NCBI GenBank assembly: GCA_963798915.1
Contig: CAWCVB010000010.1
Coordinates: 1-64,000, forward strand
Reading direction: 5' to 3'
Length of the DNA stretch: 64,000 bases
From: an uncultured Gemmatimonadales bacterium
GTDB taxonomy: Bacteria; Gemmatimonadota; Gemmatimonadetes; Gemmatimonadales; GWC2-71-9
A model generated the notes under the pieces. It was not told the DNA's origin. It did not search any database and saw only the letters and a list, made by a program, of their open reading frames with translations. Positions 63,920 through 64,000 of the stretch are shown piece by piece; position 1 is the stretch's first letter, and each line of letters opens with the position of its first letter. The position numbers and the translations under genes were made by a program.

Positions 63920-64000
63920 TTACTGGCCGATCATCCGGAAGAGGTAGTGCGCAGCAGGCTTTGGCGATGCCGAGTAATTGAAGTAGACGATCGCCACGTA
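63920..64000 (-). CDS. 3' end of an unidentified gene
   Basis: YVAIVYFNYSASPKPAAHYLFRMIGQ-TAA followed by a hairpin. Confidence 0.45.
   Translation of the reverse strand, partial: YVAIVYFNYSASPKPAAHYLFRMIGQ

Overview
GC-rich bacterial chromosomal window. Gene content and order (Ser/Thr kinase-TPR, SprA-like protein divergent from lptFG, Oar-like TonB-dependent receptor, sigma54 type IV pilus loci) suggest Gemmatimonadota; this is inference. It contains (i) a pilin locus with three pilin-like genes, two sigma54 two-component pairs and a RAYT transposase beside a 54-bp tandem array; (ii) a hybrid kinase, slt, hslR, a four-helix-bundle gene and icd; (iii) an aroF/prephenate dehydratase-AroH operon behind an apparent Phe/Tyr leader-peptide attenuator; (iv) gnd-zwf-pgl and an MhqR-like MarR with a dioxygenase; (v) an accessory stretch (kinase, SulP, orphan PIN, TonB, EamA, CGNR regulator, amine oxidase, ECF sigma); (vi) a ba3-type oxidase operon, pilB-pilT-pilC, comEA, an M28/glutaminyl-cyclase-like lipoprotein, a SprA-like gene, lptFG, a TonB-dependent receptor, an APC permease, a ctaA-ctaB fusion and an ABC exporter. 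The most unusual signal is non-coding: about a dozen 7/8/9-mer tandem arrays. Several form inverted arms around a cargo (the four-helix-bundle gene, REP-like doublets, hairpins), and some lie inside gene ends or domains. Several genes carry multiple frameshifts, which most likely reflect assembly indel errors. No rRNA, tRNA or CRISPR array was seen.
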